From: Mustelus asterias
Lineage: Eukaryota
DNA length: 64,000 nucleotides
NCBI RefSeq assembly: GCF_964213995.1
Contig: NC_135804.1
Span: 95,542,001 to 95,606,000 of the forward strand
Direction: 5' to 3'
This document shows positions 23,799 to 36,554 of this stretch, in pieces (the first letter of the stretch is position 1; each line of letters begins with the position of its first letter). The notes under the pieces are model-generated. The model saw only the letters and a program-made list of their open reading frames with translations, had not been told where the DNA came from and did no database searches. The translations under genes were made by a program, and so were the position numbers.

Positions 23799-25169
23799 AG
23801 ATCACTGGCCTCCCTCCCTCTCCCACCGATCCCTATGCAGAGTGGCAGGGGGACCCCCCACCCCCACAGATTGCCCCAGGCCCCACCCCATCAGGCCACA
23901 CCCCTAGGCCTGTGCCCCATGTACCCCGCCCCTTTGGCACTGCCCCATGCCCCCTGGACATTGGCACTTTGGCCCTTGGACAGTCAGGGACACAGGCTGG
24001 CACTGCCAGAGTGCCAATGCCCAGGGGCACTTCCCCCACCGCCCGACCCTCTGGAGATGTCCCCAATTGCCCCCCTTCACTCTCGTGGGATCGGGCCGCA
24101 AGCTCCCCGAAGGTGGGGAGCTACTGCAATCCCCGCTGGAGTGAAACACTCTGGCGGGGGAGGGATGGGGGGAGGAGATGCTCACAGGCCCGGAGACTTC
24201 CGTCCCGGGCCCGGTAATCTCATTTAAGTGAGATTAAAATGACCTTGTTAATGGTCTTTGCGCCTCTCTGCCGATTTTCAGTGCGGAGCAGATGCCAACG
24301 GAAATCCAGCGCTGGGAGACAGTCGTGGGACGCGAACTTCGCGTATCAGCCGACACTACAATCTCCCGGCCTGCTGTGCTAAACTTTTTAAAAACCAACA
24401 AAAGATGACCAAAAAATGAGGAGGGAGAAGATAAACCATATGGGTAAACTAGCAATTGAGACTGGGGAAATAATAATCGTGAATCAGGAAATAATAAGAG
24501 TTAAACAAATACTTTGTGTCAGTCTTCATGGCGGAAGACACTGATGACATTCCAAAAAAACTAAATAATCGGGGGGAGGGGGAATAAATACCATAACTAA
24601 AGAAAAAGTACTGAGGAATCTAATGGGGCTAAAGGCCGATATGTCCCCTGGACCTGATGGATTGCATCCCAAGATATTAAAGGAAGTAGTTACAGAGATA
24701 GTGGATGTACGAGTACTAATCTTCCAAGAATTCTTAAATTCTGGAAACGTCCCAAACGATTGGAAAACTACCTATTCAAACAGGGAGGGAGAGAAAAAAA
24801 AACAGGTAACTGGAAGTTAACTTCACTTCTGTCACTGGGAAAATGTTAGAATTCATTATAAAGAATGTAATAGCAGAGCATTTAATAATGCACAATATAA
24901 TCAAGCAGAATCAGCATGGCTTCATGAAGGGGAAATCACGCCCAAACAAATTTATTAGAATTCTTTGTGACTTCTGGTTCAGCAATGTAGAAGAAAAGCA
25001 CACGATGTCTCTCCTGACAGGTGTTTTACTAACTTTTCACCATGCCAATATATTCCTGTTTGCTTCCATATAAAACCAACTTTAGGCCTCATGCCCAAGT
25101 ATTTAAAACATTCAGGCATGAAAAAAAAATAAAATGATAAAGACACATCTGCCGAGACAGCTGCAGTTA

Positions 25170-25700
25170 AAATGGTGGCCAGCTACCCTACAATTTTGAC
25201 TACTGAAAATATGAGTGAAATTCCTGTCACACAGCTTGACAAATCCTGACAAAGTTTGGATCTGAAGCTGAAGAATTCACTGGAAGAGTCCTTGGGTTCT
25301 ATTTGGTCTTCTGTCGATACCATTCATTCAGCTGTTGATTCTCACGCCAACACCCTTACCGACATTGAGACCACAGTGACAGGATTTACACACCGGGTCC
25401 AAGCTGACTGCAGCAATTAAGGAAAATGTGTCATTGCAAGCCAAAGTCAATGACCTAGAAAACTGGTCAAGACGACAAAACTTACGCATAGTTGAATGTC
25501 ACTTACCATGGCCATCTAATCGGGATTTACTGGGACACAAGAGCAGATCTGACAAGGAGGCAAACAGCATTTAACATCAAATCCACGCTGTGCAAGAAAG
25601 GAGCAAACTTTGGATTGATTCACTCTGCCCATCTCCAAATCACAGTGAACAAGAAGATCACTTCTTTGACACACCAGATGCAGCAGTGTATACTCAATTC
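25170..25700 (+). mobile_element. L1/Tx1-clade LINE ORF1 relic
   Basis: Coiled-coil-like stretch followed by KVNDLENWSRRQNLRIV, matching the L1 ORF1p LENxSRRxNLRI motif. Confidence 0.65.
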
Positions 25701-27060
25701 TTGATGGGCTTCCTATTTGATGCCTTGGTTGATTTAATGGGAGCAACAACTGGAAATTATACTCTTTCAATACTGGTCATTGTTGTTTATATTCAGGATC
25801 ACCTGTTGAACCCAAAGTCAGTCTATTTTCTCGGCTCATTCTTGGCTATGGGGAATGAAAGCATCAGACCTCTATGGGTTATTTTTTCACAGCAATTGAA
25901 TGCTGCATATCCCTGTTTCAGGTTGGTAATCTTGGCTGTTTCTTTCAATCATGGTTAAAATATTTGGTTACCCTGATTCAAGACAAAACGTGAGATAGCC
26001 GAGTTTAATTATTAAGCTAACCATGAGGTCGATAAATTTTGGGTATCATGCATCTGAATACCTGTACTGGCCACTTAATAATCTCAAAATTAGGAGCATG
26101 TTCACTTGCTCAAATGCATTTGAGCTCTAACTATGTGGTTATAACTAGCAACTTTTCATTGGTGTGTTATATAGTTCATGGGAGCAATTCTCCCAGCCCG
26201 CTGCGCTGCTTTTGTAGCGCAGCAGGCCGGGAGATTCAAGTGGAGGTCTTTTAGTGGGCTTCCCACGCATTTCTAGCCACCCACTAGAATCGTGTGAACT
26301 CACCAAACCTCCGACCCCCCCCCCCCTTCCAGGAGTGCTTAATTTTCCCCAATCTACCTGTTATTTTCAGCTCCATAGTTTTGTTCATTTTCACTGTTCA
26401 TCCTTTCCTCAACTATCTCCAAACACATTATTGGAAGGGATTTTATCATTGCCTCAAAGTCATTGAGGTTCTATTTCAAGATTGTATGATCTCATGCTGT
26501 CTTCTGGCCCCTCTCCTCTCCACAAGATAAGAAATGATCGGGAAGCAGAGCATAGGCTTTTTTAGTTTAACTCATCAACAAACAGGTTGGGCTGCACCCA
26601 ATTTGACCCATAGACTCGTCAAGCAACAGCCCAACATGGTTTTACTCAAAATCATATCTTACAGACAATGTCTCCAGCTCCTCCATCATCATCCCTGTCA
26701 CGCTGGCATGGTAGACCTACCAGAGGGTGCTGACAGCACAGTGGAAGGGAGTTGTCCTGGGAGTGTTCAATGTTGACTACAGATAGCATGAAGTCCCATA
26801 GCATCAGGTCAAACGCAGGCAAGGAAACCTTCTTCTGATTACCACTACAACCCTCCCACATCAGGTGAATCAGTGCTCCCACACTTGGAACAAGACTTGG
26901 AGGAATCGCATCATTAGTGACCGAGCCCTGAAGGACATATCTGCAGACTGGGCCTTCCGCAAGTTATGATGTGGAGATGCCAGCGTTGGACTGGGGTAAA
27001 CACAGTAAGAAGTCTCACAACACCAGGTTAAAGTCCAACAGGTTTATTTGGTAGCAAAAG

Positions 27061-27097
27061 CCACTAGCTTTCGAAGCGCTGCTTCTTCATCAGGTGA
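27061..27097 (-). ncRNA. Minimal hammerhead ribozyme (Penelope type), intact core
   Basis: UCAC-CUGAUGA-A-GAAGC(AGC)GCUUC-GAAA-GC-UA-GUGG. Confidence 0.7.
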
Positions 27098-27278
27098 GAA
27101 TCAACATGAGGGACAAATCTACTTGATCTTGTCCTAATCAATCTGCCAGTCGGAGATTGCATCTGTCCACAATAGCTCTGGTAGCAGTAACCATGGTCAG
27201 AGGTCTCACAACACCGGGTTAAAGTCCAACAGGTTTATTTGGCAGCACAAGCTTTTGAAGCGTTGCTCCTTCATCACT

Positions 27279-27313
27279 CATCTGATGAAGGAGCAGCGCT
27301 CCGAAAGCTTGTG
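27279..27313 (+). ncRNA. Minimal hammerhead ribozyme (Penelope type)
   Basis: CAU-CUGAUGA-A-GGAGC(AGC)GCUCC-GAAA-GC-UU-GUG. Confidence 0.65.
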
Positions 27314-28419
27314 CTGCCAAATAAACCTGTTGGACTTTATCCTGGTGTTGGGTGGCTTCTTACTGTGCTTACCCTAGTCCAACGCCGGCATCTCCACATC
27401 GGGAGTAACCATGGACAATCCTTATAGAAATGTAGTCCTGTCTTCACACGGAGGACACCCGGCACTCTGGTGTGACACTGGGCCACATTCAGCAGCTCAA
27501 AATCGGGCCTCCACAAGGCACTAAAAGCCATCAGCACCAGAATTGTAGCCCACCACAATCTGTAACCTCATAGTTCAGCATGTCTGTCACTCTACAATAA
27601 CCAAGGGACTAATCAGAGTTCAACGAGTGTAGGAGAGCATGCCAGAAGCAGCACTGGTAATGCTACATACAAGCTAGACCACAGAAGCAGCATGCTGTAG
27701 ACCACAGGCCAGCCTGTTAAAGGTTTCCATCCGGCCCACCAACCAGTGTTCAAAATACAAACAAATATAAGTGGAAGAGACATCTTCAATAAGGAGCTGC
27801 TCTGCCATTCATAGGCTGTTTCTTTCCCACTTTTGCTGTGATCATTGGAAGGGAAACAGTCTGTGATTGGAAGAACAGTGAGAGGTAAGTAGTAGCTTTC
27901 AGCCTGAGGACCGGAGCAGCAATGTTAAGACAGGCTGCAGAATGGGAGGCGTCAAGGGAGCTGCTGTCAGTATTCAGTGAGGTTCTCGGGGGAACAAGAC
28001 TCACCAAGCAGATCTCGAGGAGTTTACAGGTTACACTATACCCATAGACAGAATACCAATTATAACAGTCTGACCATGGACGACACACTCTCCACATTCT
28101 CTCCAATAATGCAGGTGATGGGTTCCGAGAGCTGAAATCAAAATACTTTCATTGTCTGAAATTGGATCCTGTGGCTATGCCAATCACTATCATCCCAACT
28201 GTTTGAGAGAGAGAATGCCAGACAAACGAGACGGCTATCCCAAACTTCCCTCAAACACTCCCAGGAAGTGGCTTCAGAACACTATCAATGCATCAGATGT
28301 TTGGTGGAAGTGGGGCACTGGTGGGATAGAAAAATCTGAAATAGTATGAAACACAAGGAATAAGCTGGTGTCAGGTAATCACAAGGTAATTGACAGATAT
28401 GTAAAGATTTTTTAAAAGT

Positions 28420-28865
28420 AAAAGTTTATTTATTAGTCACAAGTAAGGCATACATTAACACTGCAATGAAGTTACTGTGAAATTCCCCTAGTTGCCACAC
28501 TTTGGCACCTGTTCAGGTCAAAGCACTTAACCAGCACGTCTTTCAGACTGTGGGAGGAAACCCACACAGACACGGAGAGAATGTGCAAATCCCACAAGGC
28601 GCCAGGGACCCGGGTTCAATTCCAGCCTCGGGTCACTGTCTGTGTGGAGTTTGCACGTTCTCCCCACGTCTGCATGGGTTTCCTCCGGGTGTTCCAGTTT
28701 CCTCCCACAGTCCAAAGATGTGCAGGTTAGGTTGATTGGCCATTGGTCAGGGGGATTAGCAGGGCAAATACATGGGGTAAGGCAGTTTTGGCCTGGGTGG
28801 GATTGTGATCAGCGCAGACTCGGTGGGCCGAATGGCCTCCTTCTGCACTGTAGGGATTCTATGAA
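28420..28865. mobile_element. Two back-to-back V-SINE fragments (minus ~28420-28595, plus ~28596-28865)
   Basis: Both carry the V-domain; the plus copy ends in the HE1 tail GGGATTCTATG. Confidence 0.7.
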
Positions 28866-28949
28866 TAGAATGATAGAACAGGCTTGAAGGGATGAATTAC
28901 CAACTGGTGTTCCTGTACAGCAGGAAATACAGCAGGAAATACAGCAGGA

Positions 28950-29792
28950 TATTGTCGGGCAATACAGCAGGATATAGATAGGCTGGAAAATTGGGCGGAG
29001 AGGTGGCAGATGGAGTTTAATCCGGATAAATGCGAAGTGATGCATTTTGGAAGAAATAATGTAGGGAGGAGTTATACAATAAATGGCAGAGTCATCAGGA
29101 GTATAGAAACACAGAGGGACCTAGGTGTGCAAGTCCACAAATCCTTGAAGGTGGCAACACAGGTGGTGAAGAAGGCATATGGTATGCTTGCCTTTATAGG
29201 ACGGGGTATGGAGTATAAAAGCTGGAGTCTGATGATGCAGCTGTATAGAACGCTGGTTAGGCCACATTTGGAGTACTGCGTCCAGTTCTGGTCGCCGCAC
29301 TACCAGAAGGACGTGGAGGCGTTAGAGAGAGTGCAGAGAAGGTTTACCAGGATGTTGCCTGGTATGGAGGGTCTTACCCAAAGTGGGTAAACTGGGGTTG
29401 TTCTCCCTGGAAAGACGGAGAATGAGGGGAGATCTAATAGAGGTGTACAAGATTATGAAGGGGATAGATAGGGTGAACAGTGGGAAGCTTTTTCCCAGGT
29501 CGGAGTTGACGATCACGAGGGGTCACGGGCTCAAGGTGAGAGGGGCGAAGTATAACTCAGATATCAGAGGGATGTTTTTTACACAGAGGGTGGTGGGGGC
29601 CTGGAATGCGCTGCCAAGTAGGGTGGTGGAGGCAGGCACGCTGACATCGTTTAAGACTTACCTGGATAGTCACATGAGCAGTCTGGGAATGGAGGGATAC
29701 AAATGAATGGTCTAGTTGGACCAAGGAGCGGCACAGGCTTAGAGGGCCGAAGGGCCTGTTTCCTGTGCTGTACTGTTCTTTGTTCTTTGTTC
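28950..29792 (+). mobile_element. 5'-truncated young CR1 LINE
   Basis: MEFNPDKCEVMHFG...[15 protein letters not shown]...LFSLERRRMRGDLIEVYKIM...WNALP; (GTTCTTT)n tail. Confidence 0.92.
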
Positions 29793-30697
29793 CCATTCCT
29801 AAATTATCTTATCTTCCTGAAAGTTTGCCCACTAGCCCCATGAGTGAGGAAATAGTTGAAATGTGGCCTTTCACATGAAAAGGTTGGACACCCGTGCTGT
29901 AGATATAGAGCTAAGCAAGTCACAACCAACAGATCAAAGCTCTGCAGCCCTGCCACACAATCCATTGTGAATGGTGGTGGACAATTAAGCAACTAACAGG
30001 AGAAGAATGCTTCATGAACATCCCATCTGCAATAATGGTAGAACCCAGCACAAATGCCAGGCAATGATCATCTTCAAGAGAGAATTCAACCAACTAACCA
30101 TGGCATTCAACGGCATTTCCATTACTGAAATCCCCCCAACATCATCTTCTGGGCCATCACGTGAAAGTTCTCCTCCGTGTCACACACCATCCTGGCTTGG
30201 AAATATGTCGTTTCTTTACTGTTGCTGGATCAATATCCTGGAATTCATTCCCTAACAGCACTATAGGTATATCTCCATCACAAGGACTGCAGCAAATCAA
30301 GACGGGTTCACCACCACTTTCTTGTGGACAATTAGGGACGGGCAATAGATGCTGGCCTTGCCAGCAACACCCACGACACCTAAATTAATAGAACAACCTG
30401 CCTCGAAGACACTACTTATCTTTCGTGAACTCAGATTGACATCCCAACTCCCAAATTACAATTCCACTTCCGAGAATAATCCACAAATAATGTTGGACGA
30501 ACTCATTGTATTATTCTCTGAGAAAAGTTCATAAAAATGCATGTAGAAAATAATGTAGCACCTATTATTTCATGATAATACACTCAGGCGGCAGCTTAAC
30601 AATTATGACAAAACTGGGTAAAGTTAGCATCATTTCCATAATGTAAAAAGTTGTCAGTTTACAAATCCTCAAATAGACTTAATGGCAGTAAACCTAC

Positions 30698-30795
30698 ATT
30701 TATGAAGTAATCGTAAGGTGGGGTAGAAAGGTCCCTCTCTCTGTCTGAAGAACAACAATTCTCCATTAACAGTCAGGATCTCTATATGTTCATGG
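30698..30795 (-). CDS. MCTS1: MCTS1 coding exon 3
   Basis: ctgcag|C CAT GAA CAT ATA GAG... = (C)[32 protein letters not shown](Y)|gtaggt; 98 bp. Confidence 0.97.
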
Positions 30796-31376
30796 CTGCA
30801 GAGAATAAAAAAAAGAGTATCAGGCTCTCAAGTTATGAAAATAATAATTCTGTTAAAAATAATCATGCCCATGTTACAGAAAGATCCTGCTATTTGTTAA
30901 ATAACCATCCCCCCCTCAGAAATAATGTTGAAAAAACAACAATGGCATTTTCTATATTCATAAAATAATGCACTTAGGAGATGTACATTTCTTGAAGTGA
31001 ATACTTGCACAGTCCATTATTACACCACAACATTTCAAAACTTTTCACATCTTACAAGACCATAAAAAATAGGAACAGGAGTAGGCCATTCAGCCCTTCG
31101 CATCTGCTCTGCCATTTAATGAGATCATGGCTAATCTAACACTCACTAAGTCAATTTTCCTGCTTTCTCTCCATTCCATTCTCAGCCTTTATAACATACA
31201 AGGTCTCAGCCTCCACAGCTTTCTGCAGTAAAGAATTGCAAAGATTCACCACTCAGAAGAAATTCTTCCTCAAATCCTTCTCAAATGAGCTGCCCTTATT
31301 CTGCAATTACGCCCTCTGGTCCGAGTGGAAACAACCTCCCAATATTTACCCTGTTTAACCCCTGAAGAATCTTAGG

Positions 31377-31665
31377 TACTTTTTGAAGTGGAGTAGGCAG
31401 CCATTCTACAGCAACATATCACAAACTGCAATGAGATGAATAAGCAATGAGGTGGAGAAGCTAAACAATACTGTGGTGGGGTCATCAACGGCACCTGAAC
31501 CACAGGAGAACTGAGATCTTGACCATGGCCTGAAATCTCAGTTAAAAGATTGCACCTTCGACAATTCAGCATTCCACCATTGTCACACTGCAATATCATT
31601 TTATATTTTGACTCAAAATCTCAATCTTTTGACCCAGAGATTAAAATGCCGCTAACTGAAATAAA
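31377..31665 (-). mobile_element. Ancient Deu-domain-like SINE fragment
   Basis: TACTTTTTGAAGTG..GCAGCCATT..ACAGCAA..CACAAAC..GCAATGAGAT resembles the Deu domain recalled from AmnSINE1/SacSINE1. Similar pieces at ~1180-1265 and ~50030-50240. Assignment is from memory of the consensus only. Confidence 0.4.
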
Positions 31666-34214
31666 TTGACACAACTGACAAGCTTCTGAAGCATGTTACA
31701 GGTCCTTTCTGTATGGGGACTTGTGTAATTTAATTGCATATTGTTTGTGCAAATACTTATTCCTCTTACATGATAAAACAAGGTGCAAACCTAGAACAAA
31801 CCATTTCAATTCCAAGGTGCAGCACGCAGGCACCATCTCACACTGTGTTATATTCCAGGAAAATTACACCATTTGCAATTTTGCACAATTGGCATTTTTT
31901 TAAAATTTGCCTTTTCACAAATTTTGTGGTCATCATTAAAGTTTGTTAACACTGGGGAATAGAACCAAGAACTGCTCTTAGTAAGTACAAGCACCAAGTT
32001 AGTCAGCTGTTCAGCTATATAAAGGGTATCAGGATTATGTTTTCACCCTACTTCCACATACACACATTTTCCAGCAGGGGGCCAGTGGCTTTTTTCCCCT
32101 ATCCTCTGCCCAGAAAGAGATCAACTGTAGCATCCCAACTGCTGCACAGACTGGGAGAAACACTGTTGAGGAGTCAAATATGATTCTAAATGATGACATA
32201 CAAGCAGTGTCTTGCCACTCAGATTTCAGTAAAGTGTAACAGTAGGAAAGATAATATGCTAACTTATCCTGAGTAGTACAAGTTTTATCCTTTCAAATTT
32301 TGTCTTCTCAGCTATATAAGGCTAAAAAAGTATTGAAAGTTACATGTACGTCATTTGTGCCTGACTAATCTAAAATATTAAGAGTATCAAATAACATGTA
32401 TTCTGGCTTAAGTGCAGAATTTGAAACTCCAGACATGTACAGATCAAATCACGCCCAGCGTACAGTACACATACGCAAGACATATTGGAACCATTCAGGA
32501 AATAGAGGCATTGCAGAGAACTGCAATAAAGGCCAATCTCTGGTGACAGACAAACCATGACAAATGGCTTGACGAGCTATAGATCTTGAGACTCAAAAAG
32601 AAACGTCTCAGAGGAGATCTTATAGAAGTACAAAATATACTTAACAGGATTGGGAGTAAACTTAACATTACTGCAATATGGCATGGCAGCAGGACCAGAG
32701 AACTAACTTAAATCAAATATCAGGAATTATCCTTTTATACAGATGGTAATCAACAATTAATGAATGGACAACCAAGTAAAAGATATGGAGGAGTCAGGAA
32801 AATGAGGAATTATGAAATTTTTCTTTTGGTAGTAATAGTTCTCTTATTTGAAAACAGGCTGATGGGCGTGATAGATGCAACTGGATTAAGAAACAGAGAC
32901 TGGAAGGATCAGTAGGTGGTTTTAGTACGTTTATGAACAGAAGGAACCAAGAGGAACGTAAATAAGAATTTATTTAAAGGCAACAAAGGGGAACGTGTAC
33001 AAATTGTAAAATTGTAAGTAAGTGAGGCAAAGATGGAGTAAGTTCACTTTTTAAAATATAGGAGCTATGAAGTGCAAGCTCTGGTAACAGTGAACTTCTG
33101 AGAGATTGTGGGAAAGGGTAGAGAGATCAAAGGGAGGGAACACATTTAAGAAAATACTGAAGCCTGTGTGAGGGGTTAGCTGCTTAAATCTCCCAGAAGA
33201 CCGAGGGGCAACTGGGAAACTCCCTGAAGATAGCTTGGAAGCTGGTAATATCTTCAAGCAGAAAACATGGTGATTGGTAATAGGCAAAAGACACTGTTGA
33301 CAAGTCCAGACCTGGAGAACCAGGTTGCTGTCACCATCAGAGAACATCCCAAGTGTAACACAGCATTGTGCGTAAAGTACTGAAATTCTATTGATTTAAA
33401 AATCTATCCGGACTGTTGCCATCAGAGAAGGGAAGGTTAGCTCCGAGTGTAATTTAGCTAAGATCGTTTTTGGAACTGTTTTTAAAATGTACTATTAATT
33501 GTGTGAAACTTTTTTTGTGTTTATGTGATTTTAAAAATTCTCTTCATTAATAACTGTTTACTTTAATATAAAATCATCAATTGGTCGGAGACATCACTTC
33601 CTGATTTCAGAAAACCTCCTCATTATATACAAATTGCAAAAAACCATTTTGGCTGCTGGTACAACTTTCCCTTCCGGATTTAGCAGCTCAGTGTTTACCG
33701 TCAGTCAAGCCTTGGATGCATTTAAGAAACAACTACATGCTGTAAATAAGATGATCGGTTTGTATTTCAGAGGGCATCAAATGGACTATAGGGCCTCCTA
33801 CAGCTCAACTTATCTTGTGATCTTGCAATATTTTCTTCAGCATACTGAAACTAAAATGCTACATCTACTGGTAACACTGATTTAGATGCCAAACATTGTG
33901 ACCAAATTTAGAAATAATGTGAAAATGATTCTGTGAAATGATGAAGTCAGCGATTAGAAAGTTACATTTTTGTGTAATCAATATAGGAATATGAAAATTG
34001 GACTTCAGGAATGGAAGAAAGCTAGCTGGAAGTGCTTTGAGTTAACGTACAAAAATGTATCGAAAATGAATTGGATAAAAAGGAATGAGAGAACTAGCAT
34101 AAGAATGACAGAAATTATAAGAGAAATAACAGCATTATTTGAGAGTCACAAGGAAAGCTTGTGAATAGAAAGGAATATTGGAAAGGGTTAAATGGCAGTT
34201 AGAATGTGATTCTA

Positions 34215-34575
34215 ACGGCACGGTAGCACAGTGGTTAGCACTGCTGCTTCACAGCTCCAGGGTCCCGGGTTCGATTCCCGGCTCGGGTCACTGTCTGTGT
34301 GGAGTTTGCACATTCTCCTCGTGTCTGCGTGGGTTTCCTCCGGGTGCTCCGGTTTCCTCCCACAGTCCAAAGATGTGCGGGTTAGGTTGATTGGCCAGGT
34401 TAAAAATTGCCCCTTAGAGTCCTGGGATGCGTAGGTTAGAGGGATTAGCGGGTAAATTAGCGGGTAAAAAAAAAAGGGATTAGCGGGTAGGGCCTGGGTG
34501 GGATTGTGGTCGGTGCAGACTCGATGGGCCGAATGGCCTCCTTCTGCACTGTAGGGTTTCTATGATTCTATGATT
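34215..34575 (+). mobile_element. Full-length HE1/V-SINE
   Basis: tRNA-like head with A/B boxes, V-domain and CR1-shared tail ending TTCTATGATTCTATGATT. Nearly identical to the copy at 54861-55162. Confidence 0.9.
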
Positions 34576-34724
34576 AAAGATGGGATGGAATTGGCAGGCG
34601 TGACTTTAAGTGTGGACTGCACAGATCACCAACCACGTGAACAGAACTGACACTTAGAGAGAAGAGAAATATCACAATAACTAAATTTTCTTTACATTTA
34701 GAATGCAAACAAGTTAAATTGTAC

Positions 34725-34877
34725 CATTTTACTATTTTTACAGGGTCCTTCTTTGGCATGATTTGGTTTAACCATGGTTCAATGACTGGAAACTGATCCA
34801 CCAACTGATTCTTAATGCCTTTAATAACAGATGTTTTCAGTTGGATGCAGTTTGAAACATTTTCCTTCTCATCAAAT
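34725..34877 (-). CDS. MCTS1: MCTS1 coding exon 2
   Basis: ttaacag|A TTT GAT GAG... = (K)[50 protein letters not shown](C)|gtacaa; 153 bp. Confidence 0.97.
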
Positions 34878-35887
34878 CTGTTAAGATAGAAAAGAAATGA
34901 ATCATTGTCATTGCTGATGTTTCTAAAACACAATAGACACTCCACTCCAAACAAATACAATCACTTGGACACCATATACAACGTTTCAAAATTGTTCTCT
35001 CTTTTACCAAGGATGCTGATTTTGCTGAGGTTCCACAACTGTCTGTATCCATCAAGTACCTCATCCAAGTGGTTGTTCTTCATTCCTCACCCAGACAGTG
35101 AGTTTCAGCAGGCACTTTGACCACAGAAGACATCAGTCAAAGCTGACACTGTCCGCATACCATTTGAGGTCACCATATAAAATCAGAAGGAGTAACCCTG
35201 GCCAATTTCACATATCCACCACATTAACACAGGCTCTGTGACAAACTTACCATTACCATTAGCTAACCGAGAACTAGCTGGTGCTGGAACTCGATGGTTC
35301 TGCTGCTACACCCAAAATAATCCCTCAGATCAATCCATTGAGAACCACTGCAATTCGCTGTTCTGATGATCCGTAATCGACTTGAAACGTTAGTTTCTCC
35401 CCCAAATGCTGTCAGTCAGGACATGAATGAATATTTCGAGCATCTTGTGTTTTTAATTTCAGATTTAAAAGGCAGGATCGCGCACTATTTTGCTTTTGTA
35501 TTTCTGTTTGAAATGGGGGGCGGGGGGGGGGGAAGGACACTGGTCCTTTTTAAACAAAATGACATTTAAATTATTCAACACCTGCTCTGGTGACAAAAAA
35601 AACCTGTCAAGGCAGATGTTCAGCTGGAAACGCTCATCCGCGTGTTTTTGTTGGGAGGAAGGGAGAAAATAACTGGATAAAATCCGGCTAAAAAGGAGGA
35701 AGACAGCCCCAGAAATTCTGAAGTATATTTCAAACCTAGTGCATTAAATGATCCATTCATCGCAGGTGGAAAATAGTCATGAAAACGAAGTGTAACCAGT
35801 TCAAACCAACAAAAATTGGCTCTCTAAACATGATTTAAAAATTGCTATTTCTGAGTAAAAGACAACCGTATCAAATGTAAAACTCAC

Positions 35888-35898
35888 TTTTTAAACAT
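35888..35898 (-). CDS. MCTS1: MCTS1 coding exon 1 (MFK + AA)
   Basis: cacc ATG TTT AAA AA|gtgagt: Kozak context, consensus donor, and a phase that joins exon 2 to give MFKKFDEK. Confidence 0.9.
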
Positions 35899-36554
35899 GG
35901 TGCAGCCTCAGAAACTCCAACCACACGAGGCCCAACAGGAAATATATCTTCTTACGGCAGGTCGCAACTACATAACAAATCACAGCAACTGCTGTAAACT
36001 GGATTCTTCTCCCTATCTTCAACAGTTACAACCAGAGGGCAGCAGAGTAGCTAAAAACTCCAGTTGGTACAAAAAGCAAAATAACCTCCTGTCATAAAAC
36101 ACTCCATGATAATCGCAAGGGGCAATAAGTTAACCAAATATCAATATATATATTTTTGTTTTCTATTCCACTTGTGATTGTTCCAAGCTGTACCCCATTT
36201 TCACAGCATTATTCAGGCAAGGTTGTTCCACTTCTGCACTCATGATCTGCCCATGATGATAATTGGTGTAAAACATTGGACTGGAAGCAAGCAGAAAAAT
36301 CTATGCTTCTTTCTGTGAAATGATTTCTCAGGCATCACCAAACCTCCTCAGCGCTATTCTTCATGTGCGACCCAATTGATGTTCCTCATCTGAGCATCAT
36401 TTTTGTGTGTAATCCTATATAATGTGTGATGCTTATCTAAACACTGATCTTAATGCGTGGCAATAAAGAACGTGTTCTTCGTCCATTTGCCAATCTTAAA
36501 TTTGTGACACCAAACTGTGTTCCTCATCTTTGCAACGTTCTCCTTATGTCAGGA

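Larger units (their letters stand above)
23112..24385. mobile_element. GC-rich non-autonomous element (MITE-like) inserted in the CR1
   Basis: Interrupts the CR1 reading frame (..DSIKLKEKTY | ..KNQQKMTKK). Its right end (ATCTCCCGGCCTGCTGTGCTA) is the reverse complement of a related terminus at ~26213-26236. Confidence 0.5.
21600..24960 (+). mobile_element. Old CR1 LINE (ORF1, endonuclease and early RT remnants) interrupted by nested insertions
   Basis: Zinc-finger-like HICTKC, esterase VALIGESMRRIDT, endonuclease-region remnants, SPGPDGLHPKILKEV and NQHGFMKGKS. Confidence 0.75.
26968..27400. mobile_element. Penelope-like element terminal repeats in inverted (palindromic) arrangement
   Basis: 26968-27097 and 27203-27276 (minus) are reverse complements of 27281-27400 (plus). 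The same unit occurs at 50943-51029. Confidence 0.75.

Noticed and set aside
23467-24227. Cluster of overlapping Gly/Pro-rich ORFs
   Set aside because: By-product of GC-rich low-complexity repeat sequence; no recognisable domain.
29878-29898. hAT-like terminal repeat (CACGGGTGTCCAACCTTTT on the minus strand; similar motif at ~7666)
   Set aside because: No matching partner end, TSD or transposase could be established.
32800-33705. Possible LTR-like insert within an old LINE fragment
   Set aside because: No clear TG..CA termini, TSD or second copy in the window.
34215-34290. tRNA gene-like sequence
   Set aside because: It is the tRNA-derived head of a SINE, continuing into the V-domain and LINE-like tail; the same applies to the other copies.
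35900-36120. Bidirectional MCTS1/CUL4B promoter
   Set aside because: The start codons are ~21 kb apart and CUL4B has its own motif-rich promoter; only weak motifs are visible upstream of MCTS1.
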